This document shows positions 25,831-40,948 of a DNA stretch of 64,000 nucleotides, one piece after another. Position 1 is the first letter of the stretch; the number at the start of each line of letters is the position of its first letter. The stretch comes from Hydrolagus colliei (taxonomy: Eukaryota): the NCBI GenBank assembly GCA_035084275.1, contig CM068756.1:4340001-4404000 (forward strand), read 5' to 3'. Made by a program: the position numbers and the translations under genes. Under the pieces are notes generated by a model. That model had not been told where the DNA came from and searched no databases. It worked only from the letters and a program-made list of their open reading frames with translations.

Positions 25831-27267
25831 AATGAGCAACAAGAATATTGAAACATTGTGGTCTATCTGTGTGCCTCTGGTATGTCTAATCTTAAGAGCA
25901 CAGTTGAGTTAATAACTCACAATAAACAACCAAAAGTTAAAGGCATCTCTTAACTGGGTTTGTTTTCAGTGAATGTTGACCAGAATCCCCCAATGCAGCT
26001 GGAAAATGAACTGCATAATTTCGCGCATTTCGTAGTAATGATATGTATTGATTTTCCAAGGCAAATCCTCCCCCTGTCGAAAACAATCACCGGACTAAAG
26101 GGAAGTGATGGCAATCAATAAGCAGGCAACACTCAGATGTCTTATGGCCAGTAAGTAGTAAAGTAAAACCAATTTAAGTGTGATCATTTATTTATAACGC
26201 AAAGAGAACGGTTTGTACTAAGGGTGTTCTAAGTATGCTTCACGCAGTTCCCAACTATCTCTTACAAACAGACGTGGCTTATGTAAATTCTTTAGAATAT
26301 ACTAAGAGCATATAAGCTGTTTCGATTTGTTAAGTGATTCCAATTATTGAAGTTTAGCTGAGCTTCAGGGCAGATATATATTTGGATCGATTGGAAACGA
26401 TCAGTGATAAGAGTCCTGATTATGTATAAATTATGAATTATGATTATGAATACATGGTCAACAAATCAATTATAGCTTTCCATGAACTTGTTTTTATTCC
26501 TCCTTCATTGAATAGTAATTTTCTTATAACTGGACTGAACATAATTGAAGCCAAACCTGACATCCCCTCTTGTCACGTGTGCTCAGTAAAAACCAATTTG
26601 TCTGTCAGCTGTCAATTGATCACTCTGTTGATGTGGAGGATTTTGTTCCACATTTTCTCTTAAAAGCGTATGCATGTTGATTGGTGACACACTGTCAGTC
26701 AAACAGTATAAAATTAGCTCGTAAAATACTACAGCACTATGTGCTGTCATTCTCAAGAGTTAATTGGACTCATCCGTTTTATTAAGCTGTGTCATTACAA
26801 CCTCTATATGTTGCATTACAATGTGGCCTAGACCAAAGAGTATGTTCCTCTTTTATACAGTGGTCTGTTTCTTTGACCAAGTGTCCTGATCACACATGTC
26901 CATCTGTTGCAGAAGTGATGCATTGCAACACTTGAAGTGTCCAAATGGTGTTTTTTAGTGAAGTGTTGGAAGATTGCAATTTAAGATAAGAACGATCACT
27001 ACTACTGAAAAGCATATCAGACCAAGTGCATGGGCTAAAGAAAGACAAGGTGACTGGAGATGTATTATAATGATTGAGCTCTGCCTAAATCGCTCAAACC
27101 ATCACCCCGCACCCCCCACTCGCGTCCTGACCTGACTTTTCAGCGCTTTGGGACGTCCTCCCGACGTGAAATGCGCTTTATAAGTGCAATTTTGTGTTGT
27201 TGTTCTTTTCTGGATGGTCTGTTGCACAAATTCTCCAACCTTAAAACAACATACTTACAATAATAAA

Positions 27268-27577
27268 TAGTAATCCTTTGATATGTTTGATATAGCGCTT
27301 TTCACATTTTATCGACGTTTAAAAGCGCTTCACAAAATATACTCTAACATGAATTGACTGTACAGTATATTTGTAGGTGAAATGCTGCAGCCAATTCACA
27401 CAGCACTGTCCCACAAACAGTCGTGGAATAAAATGACCAATTGTTTTATTATTGTGGGATTTTTTGGATGGATTATTATGAGGCATGTGGAGTAAGGGAA
27501 CTTGCCCAAGGTTTCGCCCTGAACTGTCTGGATTCGAACACAGGTCTCACGCTTGTAAGGCTAACCACTGAGCTACA
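27268..27577 (-). mobile_element. tRNA-derived SINE
   Basis: Same family on the reverse strand. Confidence 0.85.
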
Positions 27578-29058
27578 CTTGAATAATTAGCTAAGGTCAA
27601 GTAGATAATATAAGTTAATTCTCGATTCCAACATTTGAAAATATATACCCTTGTGATGTAGTACACTCTAAGGTAAAATTCCACTGTTTTTGGGAGTGTA
27701 TAGAATTTTGAAAAAAATCAGAAACACAGCCTTAATTTTGAAGCTGTTTTTCTGTAAGTTTGTTTATGAACCAAAATGTGTATTTGCTGTTATTATTGGT
27801 TCCTCACAGTGGAGAAGGTCACATGAGATATGGCAAACAGTATTTGCGTCTGGTCACAAGCACGGGGAGAAAGGTGCAGAGCCTCTAAACTGGAGGGAGT
27901 GGATTGTACAGTTTCTAATATGAAACTATTATTAAGCCATTAATTCCGCCCATATACATACAGTCGATTCACATTACAATGTATTCTGTAAAGCACTTTG
28001 AGATGTCTAGAAGATGTGAAAATGCAAGGATTATTAAGCATATTATATTGTATTAAAAATAATACATTTCGAACTGAGAAGTCGCTGGAATAGAGAGCAT
28101 TACAGCTAGGGTCAAACTACAGTATATCTCTAATATGGGATGGAGGGGCATGACAAAAGCATACGACATTTTGTTGCATTCATTTAGATATGGAAATACA
28201 GCTCAGGCAATATTATGAGACTCTAAAGAGATGCTGGAGTTCACCTTTGATCCCAGAGCTACTGTAAATGTTCATATTGGAATAACATCATGAGTAGACT
28301 TTTTGATGCAAGAAAGTGCAGTCTTTCCATGTGGATACTTAAAGGAGGCAACATTATTTCACACACCAAACCAACAAATAGACATGTTATCTGAACAAAT
28401 TGAAATGAATGAAGCAAGGCTATTTATCTTTGAATTACAGATACTGTAATACAGCATTGCGGCCACAAAGCTTTTGATTCTTTGATCCTCAAGCCTAGAC
28501 TGACGCAGTATGTTTTATTATAAAACAGATAAGTTAGAGCAGAAGCTAACCGAAATGTGACAAGGAGTAATAGTGCAATTAAAAATGAGTATTATGACCA
28601 CTTTTAAAAATTGCCAATTTATTATCATCCGCAAGAATGTACATACACCTCTCTTTGTTTGCCATTATTCTAGTGATCCCTTTTATACATACTGGATTTC
28701 AAGTGAGACAGAGAATCAATCGCTTTGAATAACATCATGTTAGCCCCCACCTCCCACATTGCTGACGAGTAGCATGTCCAGTGAATTGCAGTTTCTCTTA
28801 AACTTATCTTTTATTCAGTAGCACTCACGTAGTGCAAGAAGTAAAATGCTGTTTCCACTAAAGTTTCTGACCACTGTTTCACTATCCACTTGTCTGATGT
28901 TGATTATATTGTACAAGTAAATACAGTATTACCATAGTGTGAGTCAGGCCATTCCACTCTCTTCATTTCCCTCTGCCCAGACACCCAGAAAGTCATTTAA
29001 AATAGTCACCAGTTAGTTTCAAATAGAATACATACACATAATAATCCAGGGTTTTCGT

Positions 29059-29377
29059 GGAGCCCTGAAGCTAGCTCAGTGGTTAGAGCACCCGCCTTGC
29101 AAGTGAGAGACCTGGGTTCGATTCCCAGTAGGGCAAAACCTTGGGCAAGTTTCCTTACTCCATACGCCTAATAATAATCCCTCCAAAATAAAAACAATAA
29201 TAAATAGGTCATTTCAATTCACGACAGTTTGTGGGACACTGCTGTGTACAATTGGCTGCTGTGTTTCGCCCACAAATATACAGTCGATTCACTTTACAGT
29301 ATATTCTGTGAGGCACTTTGAGACATATCGAAGACGTGAGAAGCACTATATCAAATGCAAGGATTATTATTATTATT
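29059..29377 (+). mobile_element. Full-length tRNA-derived SINE
   Basis: Same family as 11887-12198. Confidence 0.9.
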
Positions 29378-29550
29378 AAGTATACACAGCGTACACGTTG
29401 CATAGGTACGTAGTAGGATAACACATATATCGATGAGATGTGAAGTTCAAAAGCAGCACCATATTTCTTTTAAGCATGCACTTAAGAAGGAGGAAAGAGG
29501 GAAGCAACCAATGAAGGATATATTTCTCTTATAAACTACCATATATCATA

Positions 29551-30630
29551 ACAACAACAACCACAACAATTTACATTTATAGAGCGCCTTTCACGTCGGG
29601 AGGACGTCCCAAGGCGCTGAACAAGAGGCGTGTGACCCGAGCTGGGAGGGGAGTGTTTGGGAAGGGGTGAAACACGAAGGGGAGGTGAAAGAGTTCGGGG
29701 TGGAACAAAAGGCACGATCGAAGAGGAAAGTCTTCAAACCGGCCTTGAAAGAGGAAAGGGAAGAAACGAAACGGAGGGATTGAGGGATGGCATTCCATAA
29801 GGTGGGAGCGGAGAAACTGAAGGCCCGGCCTCCGATGGTGGGGAGGTTCGGGCGGGGGGCTTGGAGCAGGCCAAGTCCTGATGAACGGAGGGTCCGGGTG
29901 GGTGTGTAGGGGGAGAGTAGATCGGTTAAGTAGGATGGGGCAAGGCTGTGTAAGGCCTTGTAGGTGAGGACGAGGATCTTAAACTCGATCCTCTGGAGGA
30001 TGGGGAGCCAGTGGAGACGGGTGAGGGTGGGGGTTATGTGGTCACGGAGGCGGGTGCGGGATAGTACACGGGCTGCAGAGTTTTGGATGGCCTGCAGCCT
30101 GTGAATGGAGGAACTGGGGAGGCCGACTAGGAGAGAATTTCCGTAATCCAGCCGTAAGGTGATGTACGCGTGCACGAGTGTTTCGGCAGCGCGGGGGGTA
30201 AGATAGTTGCGGAGCCTGGCAATGTTGCGCAGATGGAAATAGGCGGTGCCGGTCAAGGCGCGGATGTGGGGGAGGAAGGAAAGTTTTTGATCGAACATGA
30301 TGCCGAGGTTCCTGACTGGCTTTGTGAGGTGGAGAGTGCAGCCTTGGATGTTCAGGTTGGCAGCGCCCGATGTGCGGAGGCGCTGGCTTGAGCCAATCAG
30401 GAGGGCCTCAGTCTTATTCACGTTCAATTGCAAAAAGTTGTCCCTCGTCCACGATTCGATGTCGGACAGACATGCTGTCAGAACATCGATCGTCTGGGGG
30501 TTGAGGGATGAGGCAGAAAGGTACAACTGGGTGTCATCTGCATACATGTGGAAATTTACCCCATGTCTGCGGATGACGTCGCCCAGAGGGAGCGTGTAAA
30601 GGGTGAAAAGGAGGGGACCGAGGACAGAGC
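29551..30630 (-). mobile_element. 5'-truncated L2 (LINE2) retrotransposon with an uninterrupted C-terminal RT frame
   Basis: SVLGPLLF...[10 protein letters not shown]...LNVNKTE...RLDYGNSLL...LHWLP; 3' stem-loop AGCGCCTTGGGACGTCCTCCCGACGTGAAAGGCGCT and (TTG)n tail. Confidence 0.95.
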
Positions 30631-33552
30631 TTTTTGATCTGATATCAAGTATGTCTAAATGGAAAACAATTAAACCTTCAGGTAAGCTGCCAAATTCAGT
30701 TAGTACTTTGCAATGTTAAACTGCAAATAGCAGTTAACAACTCCACAACCATATGAAACATATTTAGTCTTACAGTGGGTTTCTAGCAGTGGAATTAAGG
30801 AACTAGACTGCAGTCATGTGAAAGTATTAAGGGAACCATGCAGTTCATGAATTAGATTGAGTTAAGGATTAGCATGCTGCTTTAATGGGAAGATTTGGTG
30901 GATACTCTGGAAGGATGAGATTGAATGGGTGAAAGGGCTTTCTGTGTTCCTATCTCTCTTGTGCTTTTGTGTGTAGAGGGGGTTAACTCCAGCATAGATA
31001 CAACACAATTTACATTTATATAACATCTGTCATGTCGGGAGATCATCTCAATGGCTTTGCTTTGTGCTGTAAACGCACTATCAATTGGTGGCCTTTCATT
31101 CTGACATTGAAAATTTTATGAGAAAGTTTTATGATTTCAAGCTTCTTAACAAGTTGGTTACTTCTACTTTCTATATTTTGCTCAAGAGAGGCAGAAGATT
31201 AATTGACAGTAATAGTATCTACAAGCACAGGAATGAATGCTTGTGAAGTAATATGTTTTGCTTAAAACCCTTGGTCCCTAAACAGCTAGAATTGCCTGAT
31301 GCTCGATAGATTGCATAATCTTAGTGCAACAATATGGGGAGATTCGATGAAACTTGCAGATGAATTTCATCGCAGTGTTTCAAATACCAGCAGGAGTTTT
31401 GCATTCGTATTCATATGCAATTCGAATGAATTCATATGAATACGTATGAATTCATATCGGTCAAGTTAGTTTAGCCACATTTTCAAATTGTAGGGTTCAT
31501 TGCCAAAGTGATTGAATGAGTTTCTAAGAGAAATGTTAAGCAGCGAAGCAGTTTTCTTTCAATTGAAATACCGTAACAATATAATGCTGATATATTCTGG
31601 CATATTCAAAGTGGGCTGCAATACAGACTTCTCGTATCACAATAAAGATTTGCTTGCTGTCCATTTTCATACATTGACAACTTGATATTTCCAATTTACC
31701 AGGCTTAAATTTCCCAATATGATGTTTGCGAAACAGAAGGGGCCATTAACACAAACGGGTGGTTGTGAGTATTGCACAATACAACTGTCCCCCGTTCCCC
31801 ACCCCCACCCATGCCACGAACAAAACATTCAATATAGTAAAATATCCTTCACTTCACAAACCAATTGCATTTGATATCTTTGACACAATGAATCAAACAG
31901 CAGTCGAATTGTCACAGAGAGATTACATTAACTGAGCACAGCTAACAAGCCATATTGATCATGCAAAACCCACAACTTTCTATATCATTTGTATAGCGTC
32001 CTTCATGCAGGAAAGTGTCTCAGATGCTAGACCACACCATTCCACTGCAAGTGAGAGACAGCAGCTTTGGAAAATCAGAGCTATAAAAACACAGAGCCAA
32101 GGGAAAACTACAAACAGCGATGTGAAGACTCATAATGAGGTCTACTTCTATCAAGTCTGGAGAGATGACAAAGCCCCCACCCCCCAAAGACTCCATAAAA
32201 TGTACAGGCTTCAAAGCATTAAGTGCTGCATGTGCCTAATACAAGTCACTGCAGTGGGCAGTTTCAAAAGTACTTTTGATCTCTAATCCGCTTAGCTCCG
32301 CATTTGCATGTTACAAAATGAAGGGGAAAGGCAAAATGTTTGATGATGTACATTTGCATCTAGAACTCTCTTAATTTTCTGTGATTTTTGTGTTAATCAA
32401 GAAGAAACTCTCATCAAGCAATTGACACAAATCCACTCGGCAGTGTACATCCACAATGACAGGCTCTCACAACTTGTCCCTTCCTCCACCGATTTGCGCC
32501 GGGATGGAACTACTTTTCATCATATTTTCCTGCAACGTTTGACCCCCCTCACTCCCCACCCACCCCTCCCAAACTTTCAAAGCAGCATATTAATGAAGGT
32601 GAGATACGCACCCCCACCCCCCCCACCCCCCCCAATTAAACAAACGTATCTCCAACCTTTCAAGACTGCGTGCAATTACAGTGCAGAAAATGACAGTGAG
32701 CCCCAACATTTCTGTTCTAAATCTTATTGAATGTTGCTGATCAAAACAAATTGTCACTTCGAGACTACTCCACAGCAACAAAACCTGAAAGGATTTATTT
32801 TAAGAAGGCATTTGGTGTACAGCAAGGTTTGAAATCTTAGTTGCTTTACTTATAACCAATGGCTGCTTGACTGTGTGGGTTAGACTTAAAGTTCCATTGG
32901 CTTCATTAACACAAACCAAACACCAGCATTGCTACAGGAGGAGAAATTTCAACAAAGGTCTAAACTTACATTGTTTTCCTAGGATGATGAAGCATAGAGA
33001 ATTAGACAAATTCTTTAAATTCAGCCCTAATTTTCAGATCTCAAATGATGCATCGTAATTAAGACTGATGTAAAAATGCCTGATGAACTTTGCTTGTATT
33101 AAATAAAATTAAAATTTAAGAGCGTACTTTATAAAGGTATTCAAGTGATGACTTGAATTCAATGTCATTTATTACTTGAGCAGTATTCTGCCTGGAATTT
33201 ACAATTACATTCCTCTGATGGCTGCAAAATCGCAGTGTTATCTCTCCTTCAATTCCCGAGTGGTATCCTTTCATTAACCTGGTACTAATATTGTGTTAAC
33301 CTTGTGCACTGCAAACAGTTACTGAAGTTAAAATCAGATTCCAGTAATCAGACCATTATACAGTATTGCAGCTATTATAAAGCACTCTGCGATGCTGCCC
33401 TGTGTAAGGGCACCATATAGATGCATGTACTTGTTGTTGCAGCTAATTTCTTTGAATGTGGTCGGGATGTTTTGCACGACTGATGTCCACAAAACCTACT
33501 GACAGTGACTGGTATTATTGCAGAATATTTTTCACTGTGTTGTCTTATAAAT

Positions 33553-33864
33553 AATAAATAATCTTTGCATTTGATACAGCGCCCCTTTCACACTTTCTAG
33601 ACATCTCAAAGGGCTTCACAGAATATACTGTAGAGTGAATTGACTGTGTAATTGTGGGCAGAATATATCAGCCAATTGCGCACAACAGTGTCTCACAAAC
33701 AGTCATGGCCTGAAGTGACCAGTTTATTATTGTTTTTTTCTTAGAGGATTATTATCAGGCGTGTGGAGAAAGGAAACTTGCCCAAGGTTTTGCCCTGCTG
33801 GGAATCAAACCAAGGTTACTTGCTTGCGAGGCGAGTGCTCTAAACCACTGAGCTACAGGACTCC
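33553..33864 (-). mobile_element. tRNA-derived SINE
   Basis: Same family on the reverse strand; full length. Confidence 0.88.
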
Positions 33865-36800
33865 AGATAAACCATGTAACAGTGGACGGCTGAATACAAA
33901 ACAAACTGTAATTTGTCATGGTAACTGATGTAATTACTAGAGGGACGGGAGGATAGCAAACCTGCATTGTTCGGTCCTATAATTCAACATTAATAAAAGG
34001 GAACACTGGAAAAAATCAATTGTTGCCAAGGTGCATGATGTTTTACAATTAAATAAAACCATTATAAATGTACAGCACATTTAATCAGCACCTGGAAGAG
34101 AAAGAGGAAGCTAGTATTCCAAGTTCTCATTTAGCATAACCTCAGAAAAGACGAGTTAACCCTCGTCTTTTCTCTTTCAGATGCGTCACTCTCGAGTACA
34201 TTTCCAGTGTTTCTTTTCATCAGTATTTTGGTCGACCAAGGTTATCAAACAGTTCAAGATACAAGTTTTGTTGTCGGAAAGATATCTTTAATGTGGCTGG
34301 GAAATGATCACAGTTTGTTGCTTATTCTGCAGAGTTTGTAAGGATTACTTTTTTTTAATCGAAAATAAAATCAATGGACACGGAATAATATATCTAAACT
34401 AAGTAGAATCCAGTTTTCCTATATCTGCATTCTTGAAAGGATCTATGGATCTCGATTCTTACCATTTGCTGAATGCTTAAGTTCAGTATTTGTAATATTA
34501 TTATTATTATTTCAAGTACAAGTATTTCAAGCAAAAAATCCTCTTGACTGTTACTTTTGCCCTGACACTTTGGAGATATCCCTTCAATCCAATCAGCCTC
34601 CTGGGTGTGAATGCCCTTGCCGGGTTTAATTAGCAATTAGTAATGTGCTTATGAAGACACAATCCAATTTATTGCAAGGCAGTGAGAACAAAATAAGTTT
34701 AAAGCACTGTTCGTGAGGTTCAATAAGCATGTGCTACAGAAAGCAAATTGAAATAATCATAGTTTCCCCTGAAGAGAAGCCATGGTAATATGTTTAAAAA
34801 ATGCTACAAGTAGCAAGCTCGATGCACAGCATTTCATTAATTTCTCATTGTACTGTTAAATGCAAACCGGTTTGTTATCTGTTACTACTTTCCCTTGTGT
34901 CAAACATCAATTTGTTTACCCACGAATTGATACTTTTTGGTACTGCAGTGACATTTTTGTAGCAAAGAAATTTCAAATCGAAAGTCTAAAGTAAAATAAA
35001 ACACAGCACACTTAGCTATTTGAGAAACAAATTTGGCTGTGGAGAGAAACCGAATCTTCTATTTATTAAGGATTTCATATACAAGTGCCTGTAGCACTCA
35101 TACATCATTGTTTCTCACTCCTGATAAAACTGGGACATGACCATTTCTTTACATTTTACAAGGTTTATAATAGAATTTCTCGATAGGATTTTAAAAAAAT
35201 GTATATCAAAACATAAATAATCCTTGCATTTGATATTGATGTCGGAAGAATGTCTCAAAGCACTTACCAGGATACTATATATTGTAAAGTGTAGCGTTGC
35301 TATGTATTTAGTAGACACACATTATATATATTTTATGTAACAAACACAACTTATAATGGGAGGCAAAACAGTTCTGTCTATCATGCGTTCTGTTTTCCAG
35401 GGGAGAAAATACTCCTGCCAAAAGAGGGAAGTCACACCTGAATATGTGGGGGGGTCACATAGCGTTATGGAGTCAGAAATGGAATACATTTTCTGAAGAG
35501 CAGAACAATACCAATGAAGGAAGGTCTAAAGCTTTCTACTTGTTGCAAAATGCTTTGCCTTAGTAGTAAAATAATAAGTAAACAATCACTTTTTTGAACA
35601 ACTTTATATGTACAGTATATGTATACGTCTATATGGTAGGGCTTCCTTCAGAATCATTCAATGTTGAAAATTATAGCAGCCAATCCATAAGACTAAATAA
35701 AGCGTTGAATGTAGTATTTGTTAATAGTTCATTGTTGTAGGCCTGGCGTCATTGACATAGAGGGGGCTTCAATTTACACCACCTTAGAGTGATTTCTTGT
35801 AATACTCCAACTATGGTCATCTGATTTCATTTTTGTGTTGCAAATTATTACAGCACATTTTCAAAATGTGATCCCTTCTATGGTTTGCATGCCGCAAACC
35901 ACAGCAACAAGCCACATTTTTAATTAGAGAAGGTGGGTGAGCTTCCCACACTTAGTTAAATAGTTGCCCACTCAACGGCTTGAGGACTTGTCGAATGTTT
36001 CTCAGTGTTTGATGTGTTACATTTTTTATATTATTCTGCAGCGTAGACCAACATAGAAAATAGTATTTCGCTTAAAACGCCAAATACTGTACTGAAGCAG
36101 TACTCAGCAAGAACTCCAGTAAGGGATGAAATGTTCATGACCACTGATGGTTGGCAAGGTGGAATACATGAAGAATGAAATGATTCCAACTCTGACACCC
36201 TTAATGCATTGGCATCAGGGAGCTTCAGGGGTAAATTTGAGGGCCAGCTCTTTTTTTTAATAAACTCATCATCAGAGAATGTGATATCAGTAATTCTCAC
36301 TCTGCTTAATTACCTCAATGTGTTGCTTTTTTCCCCCCACCAGGAGCCCAAATGTGGCTAATCTGTATTCACCATCTTCAAGCAAAAGCAACCTTTACGT
36401 ATATTTTCCTGTGTATCCGAACAAAATAATAGTTTTGGAAATTACTGTAACAAGCATAGAATAAAACCAAACAGTCCAACAGTGGCATTGTGAGTATGAA
36501 TTGATCTATTTTATATAACAGACAAACATAAATAGATTGCGTCAGCCTCCATATATTTCCCACTGTTCTCTCGCTTCTTGAAGATCATTTTTTTTGTTAA
36601 TTCATTTTTTAAACAGTGGGAGGTAGAAGGAACCCAGTCATTCACTGTGCAACACTGCTTCATCATTATTGTAACTAGCGCATTTCATCATCTCTCTCTG
36701 TTGCGTCTAATTGCTATAGCTCAGGCATTCTTTATGCCTATTACTTTAATTGCACCAATACCATACATTAAAATTCTGTTTCCAACGTACAAGGAGCTGA

Positions 36801-37904
36801 AGACACTGACACACCATCTGAACCAGCTGTCACATTTCATGTTGACCTTCTACATGAGTTTGGGTCGCATGCTATAGACAAACTGTTCTTTACCCCACTG
36901 TGTAGCTCAGATCAAAAAGTTACTTGCACGGCTGTGCGTCTGTGCACCCACAGAGCTCAGTCTCGCTGACAGCTAATAATAACCACCCATTTCACTAACT
37001 CTCTGGCAGTCAGATAGGAACTGGATAAATTAGATAACTGTTCACAACTTAAAAGCAAGGGCAAACAGCAGGAATCAAAAAACAATGATTTTTTTTATCG
37101 CTAATAAAATGTGTGCTAGGTATATATCCACAAAGAACAAAATGACAGCTACTGTACATCATTTTTGAGCTCAAAAAACACAAGTGAACTGTGTGCATCT
37201 AACTCATTGCATTTTATCCTTCCATAAATCCCCAAGAGCCTTTTTTTTTATCCTGCTTGGCCTGCACATTCAGTGATCGCAACACCTCACTTAATGAAAA
37301 GAATAGATCATATCATTACTTTGCCGTTTGCTTTGCCGATAAATGATTGCTGGAGGTGACGTGGGTTAGGTAGCAGTTGGCAAGTTCTTAGTTGAGACAT
37401 CCGGTCGGTATGTACTGGTGCAGTGGAAGGAAAGAGCAACCAATCGATTGGCTATTGTTAGAGGAAATGATAGAATTAATGATAGCACAGAATCTTTGAG
37501 ATATGGAGGTCAAATTTGTGACATTTCGTAACAGGGTTCGATGTGAACATTGAATCCGTCACGGAATGTCAGACATTGCAGAGTCTCGTCCTTTGTTTAG
37601 CATTGGCACTAGGGGAAGGCCAGGCCGGATGTTTGATTACAGGACTCAATAAATTTCGTGTTGCGTTCAGAAGTAATCAATCAGGAACAAACTATCGCGG
37701 TTCCTTATTGTGACACAGTATTTGTGGAGTCCGGGAATTTCCTCGAGCTAACTATCCAGTTCATCCACCGGGCATTGTGTGGCTGACGCAACACTTCAAT
37801 ACTCTATCAGCAGAAGTGTCAGAGTATTTGTATCCATGGAAACCAGGCTTCAACATTGAATGACTGCCTGTTAGCACAGATATATTTTAGGACATTTTAA
37901 ACAT

Positions 37905-38540
37905 CTGTGATCATGGCTCTCTCGGCCTCCTTGTCCTCCTTGACCTCTCTGATGCCTTTGACGCTGTTGACCACTCGATCCTCCTACAATGCCTCTCCTC
38001 CCTGCCTTCCCAATTCCTCCCTCCATTGGCTGCAGATAATCCAGAACTCTGCGGCCCATGTCCTCTACTGCTCCAAGCTCCGTGATCCCATCTCCCCCAT
38101 CCTCGCCCGACTCCATTGGCTCCCCATCACCCAGAGGATTTAATTCAAGATCCTGATCCACACCTTCACAGCCCTCCATGGCCTCAGCCCACACTACCTC
38201 TGCGACCTCCTAACTTCCTACCAACCAGCCCGCCCCCCTCCTCTCAGCAGGCTCCAGCCTGCTGCACGTCCCCTGATGGGCGAGCCTTCAGCCACTCTAT
38301 CCCTAACCTCTGGAACTCCATCCCGAAGTCCCTCCACCTCGCCCCCTCCATGGTCTCCTTCAAGTCCTGTCTCAGAGCTTCCTCTTCGACGGTCCCATCG
38401 GTCACCCCAAATCCCCACCTTTCCCTCCACCCTCACCTTCCCTGACCCAGCTCAGGTCTGAAACATTCGCTGTCTAGCGCCTTGGGACATCCTCCTGAAG
38501 TGAAAGACGCTGTACAAATATAATTTTGTTGTTGTTGTTG
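37905..38540 (+). mobile_element. Decayed, internally deleted L2 LINE fragment
   Basis: LVLLDLSDAFD-like and IQNSAA...LHWLPI segments; same 3' stem-loop and TTG tail as the 29.6-kb copy. Confidence 0.85.
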
Positions 38541-39283
38541 ATACATGGAGCTGTGATCCATATACCTGTACTACATTGACTTCAGACCTCTCTGGGATAT
38601 TGGGTGAAACACACCAATATGATGTGACTCCAGAATTCTGACATAAATCAGAAGGGAGGTAGGGAAACGTTTAAATTCAGATACAGTGCGTAATGAAAAG
38701 ATTGAAGGTAGCTGCCCTCCAGTGGCAAGGAGTGACATGTTCACTCTTCCTGCTTCTGTACAATATCACACTGCAATCTGCCCTTAACCAATTTATTTCA
38801 GGCCAGAAATGTTAGGGAACTGATCCGGCCGCAAACTTTCTCCTCAAGTTAGAGAGGCTTGAATGGGTAAGGAGATAGAGTGGGCAGTGGGTAAGACTTG
38901 AAAGCATTGAAAGCATACCTTGCTCTGAGAGCCAGCGCAGATTTGATGAATGTCTATGTTTCTAAGTTGCTTTGGTGCTTTTAAATTTCCAAACTCCAGG
39001 GCCTGTGTTGCAACAAGTAACATTTTGGGAGACTTTGGTAGCGAGGAGCCATAAAAACCCGACAGAAATTTGGTGAGCACGTTATTTGCAGTAAGTGTTA
39101 GGAGTACTGTACAAAAATGGTCAGTTTCCAAATCATACAAGATAAAGATGTTCTAATGGGAATAACTGTTAGGTCCCAACAGAGAATAAGGTACACAAAC
39201 AAACACTGCCTCGCTGATGTGTCATGCCACCGGTTGCTTTTACATCCATTTGTCTGGTAATGGAACAATCACTCTCCCTAGAG

Positions 39284-39576
39284 CAGTGGCTTCCAAACTT
39301 GAAATATCGGCGCCCACCCCACCCTAACTCAGCAAAGTTCTCATTGCAGCCCCCCCCCCCCCTCCTTCACACACGGCTCCACACACTCAGTCCTCGGCTC
39401 CACACACTCAGGTCTTCAGCTCCACACACTCGTGTCCTCGGCTCCACACGCACTCGGGAGCTCGAGACTCTAAAGCTCCGCGCCACCCTCCCACTCCCCC
39501 CACCCGAGCCAACGATAGGCACCCCCCTACTCCCTCCTCCCCAAGGGAGGCGTGCCCCACAGTTTGCAAACCAGTG
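39284..39576. mobile_element. hAT MITE
   Basis: TIRs CAGTGGCTTCCAAACT / AGTTTGCAAACCAGTG; 8-bp TSD CCCTAGAG / CCCTACAG. Confidence 0.8.
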
Positions 39577-39885
39577 CCCTACAGGGATATACTGTGCTTG
39601 TCTAATCCCAGAAAGCGTAACGTGTAGGTTGGCAAGAGTCAAGGCTTGGGGACCACATTTGGGGTACTGGAGGAGTTTAACCAGTTAAAACCACTTAGCT
39701 TTACAAACATTGGCATGCTTCCCACTTCTTATCCAGCTTTGAACAACCCTCTCCGTTAAGGCTTTGGCTTGTAGAGTTAATGGGATCTAAGTGGAAAGAA
39801 TCCTACCACCTACTACTAATCAACCTTTCCAATTCCTGCCAACAATCTAATCTGCCTGATCTACCATCATTTGTCCCTTGGAGTA

Positions 39886-40348
39886 CAAGTATCCCTCCCC
39901 AACCACGGGAGATACTTTCTTGAAAACCTCCACGGTTAGTAAAACCGTGGTTGGAAAATACAAGGCCCCTATGGGAAACATGGGGATAGGGGGAGTAAGT
40001 TTGCTTGTCCTTGAACCAAACACAAAAATATTCATGTCATTTACCTAAATCCTCATGATGATGAAGATGGGGCAGGTGGTTGTTAGGTGCTGTTACATAG
40101 AAGAGGAGCCCTGTGCACCCTCTTCCTTCTCCTCCAGATCATAAATCACCAACGAGTGCGAGGGGGTGGATGTGGAGAAGGGACATCGTCGCTGGTTGAT
40201 TGCGACATCGCAACTGGTTCCTAGCGTCAAACGCTAGTGTTAGCGTTAAAACCCGTGGCAAGGGTTGTCTCAGCGAGCCAACCGCAGATACATGAAACCC
40301 CCGTAACATTCACGGTAGAAAAAAACCATGGTTGGGGCGGGGGACCTG
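39886..40348. mobile_element. Tc1/mariner (pogo/Tigger-like) MITE
   Basis: TA-flanked imperfect TIRs CAAGTATCCCTCCCCAACCACGG / CCATGGTTGGGGCGGGGGACCTG. Confidence 0.65.
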
Positions 40349-40624
40349 TACTGCGGACCTGCCTGGCACATGATCGTCAGAGATCAGAAACTGACGGAAC
40401 GAAAAGAAACCCATTCAATAAGTCAAAGTCACTCCAACCATGTTAGCGCCATTCCTGTTGAGATAAACAGATGCTCCGATAAACTAAACAGTCCCTAAAT
40501 TACTGGACCCAAAACAACATCACTTGAAGGAAGACGGGTCAAGAATGAGAATTGAAGAACAAGCTATTTGCAAATGTGGTTATCTTAATTTTAAAGTAAG
40601 TGAGAAACTTTGCAGAAACTTACA

Positions 40625-40948
40625 TAATAATAATAATAATAATCCTTGCATTTGATATAGTGCTTTTCACATCGTATCATCGTCTCAAAGCGCTTCACAG
40701 AATATACTGTAAAGTAAATTGACTGTATATCTGTGGGTGAAATGCGGCAGCCAATTGCGCGCATCAGCGTCCCCCACAAAACAGTCGTGGGTTGAAATGA
40801 CCAATTTGTATTATTGTGTTTTTTGCGGGGGGGGCGATGGATCATTATTAGGCGTGTGGAGTAAGGAAACTGCCCAAGGTTTCGCCCTGACCTGCCTGGA
40901 TTCGAACACGCTCGTAAGGCGAGTGCTCTAACCACTGAGCTGTAGGAT
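40625..40948 (-). mobile_element. tRNA-derived SINE
   Basis: Same family; CpG-rich, so probably a young copy. Confidence 0.88.
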
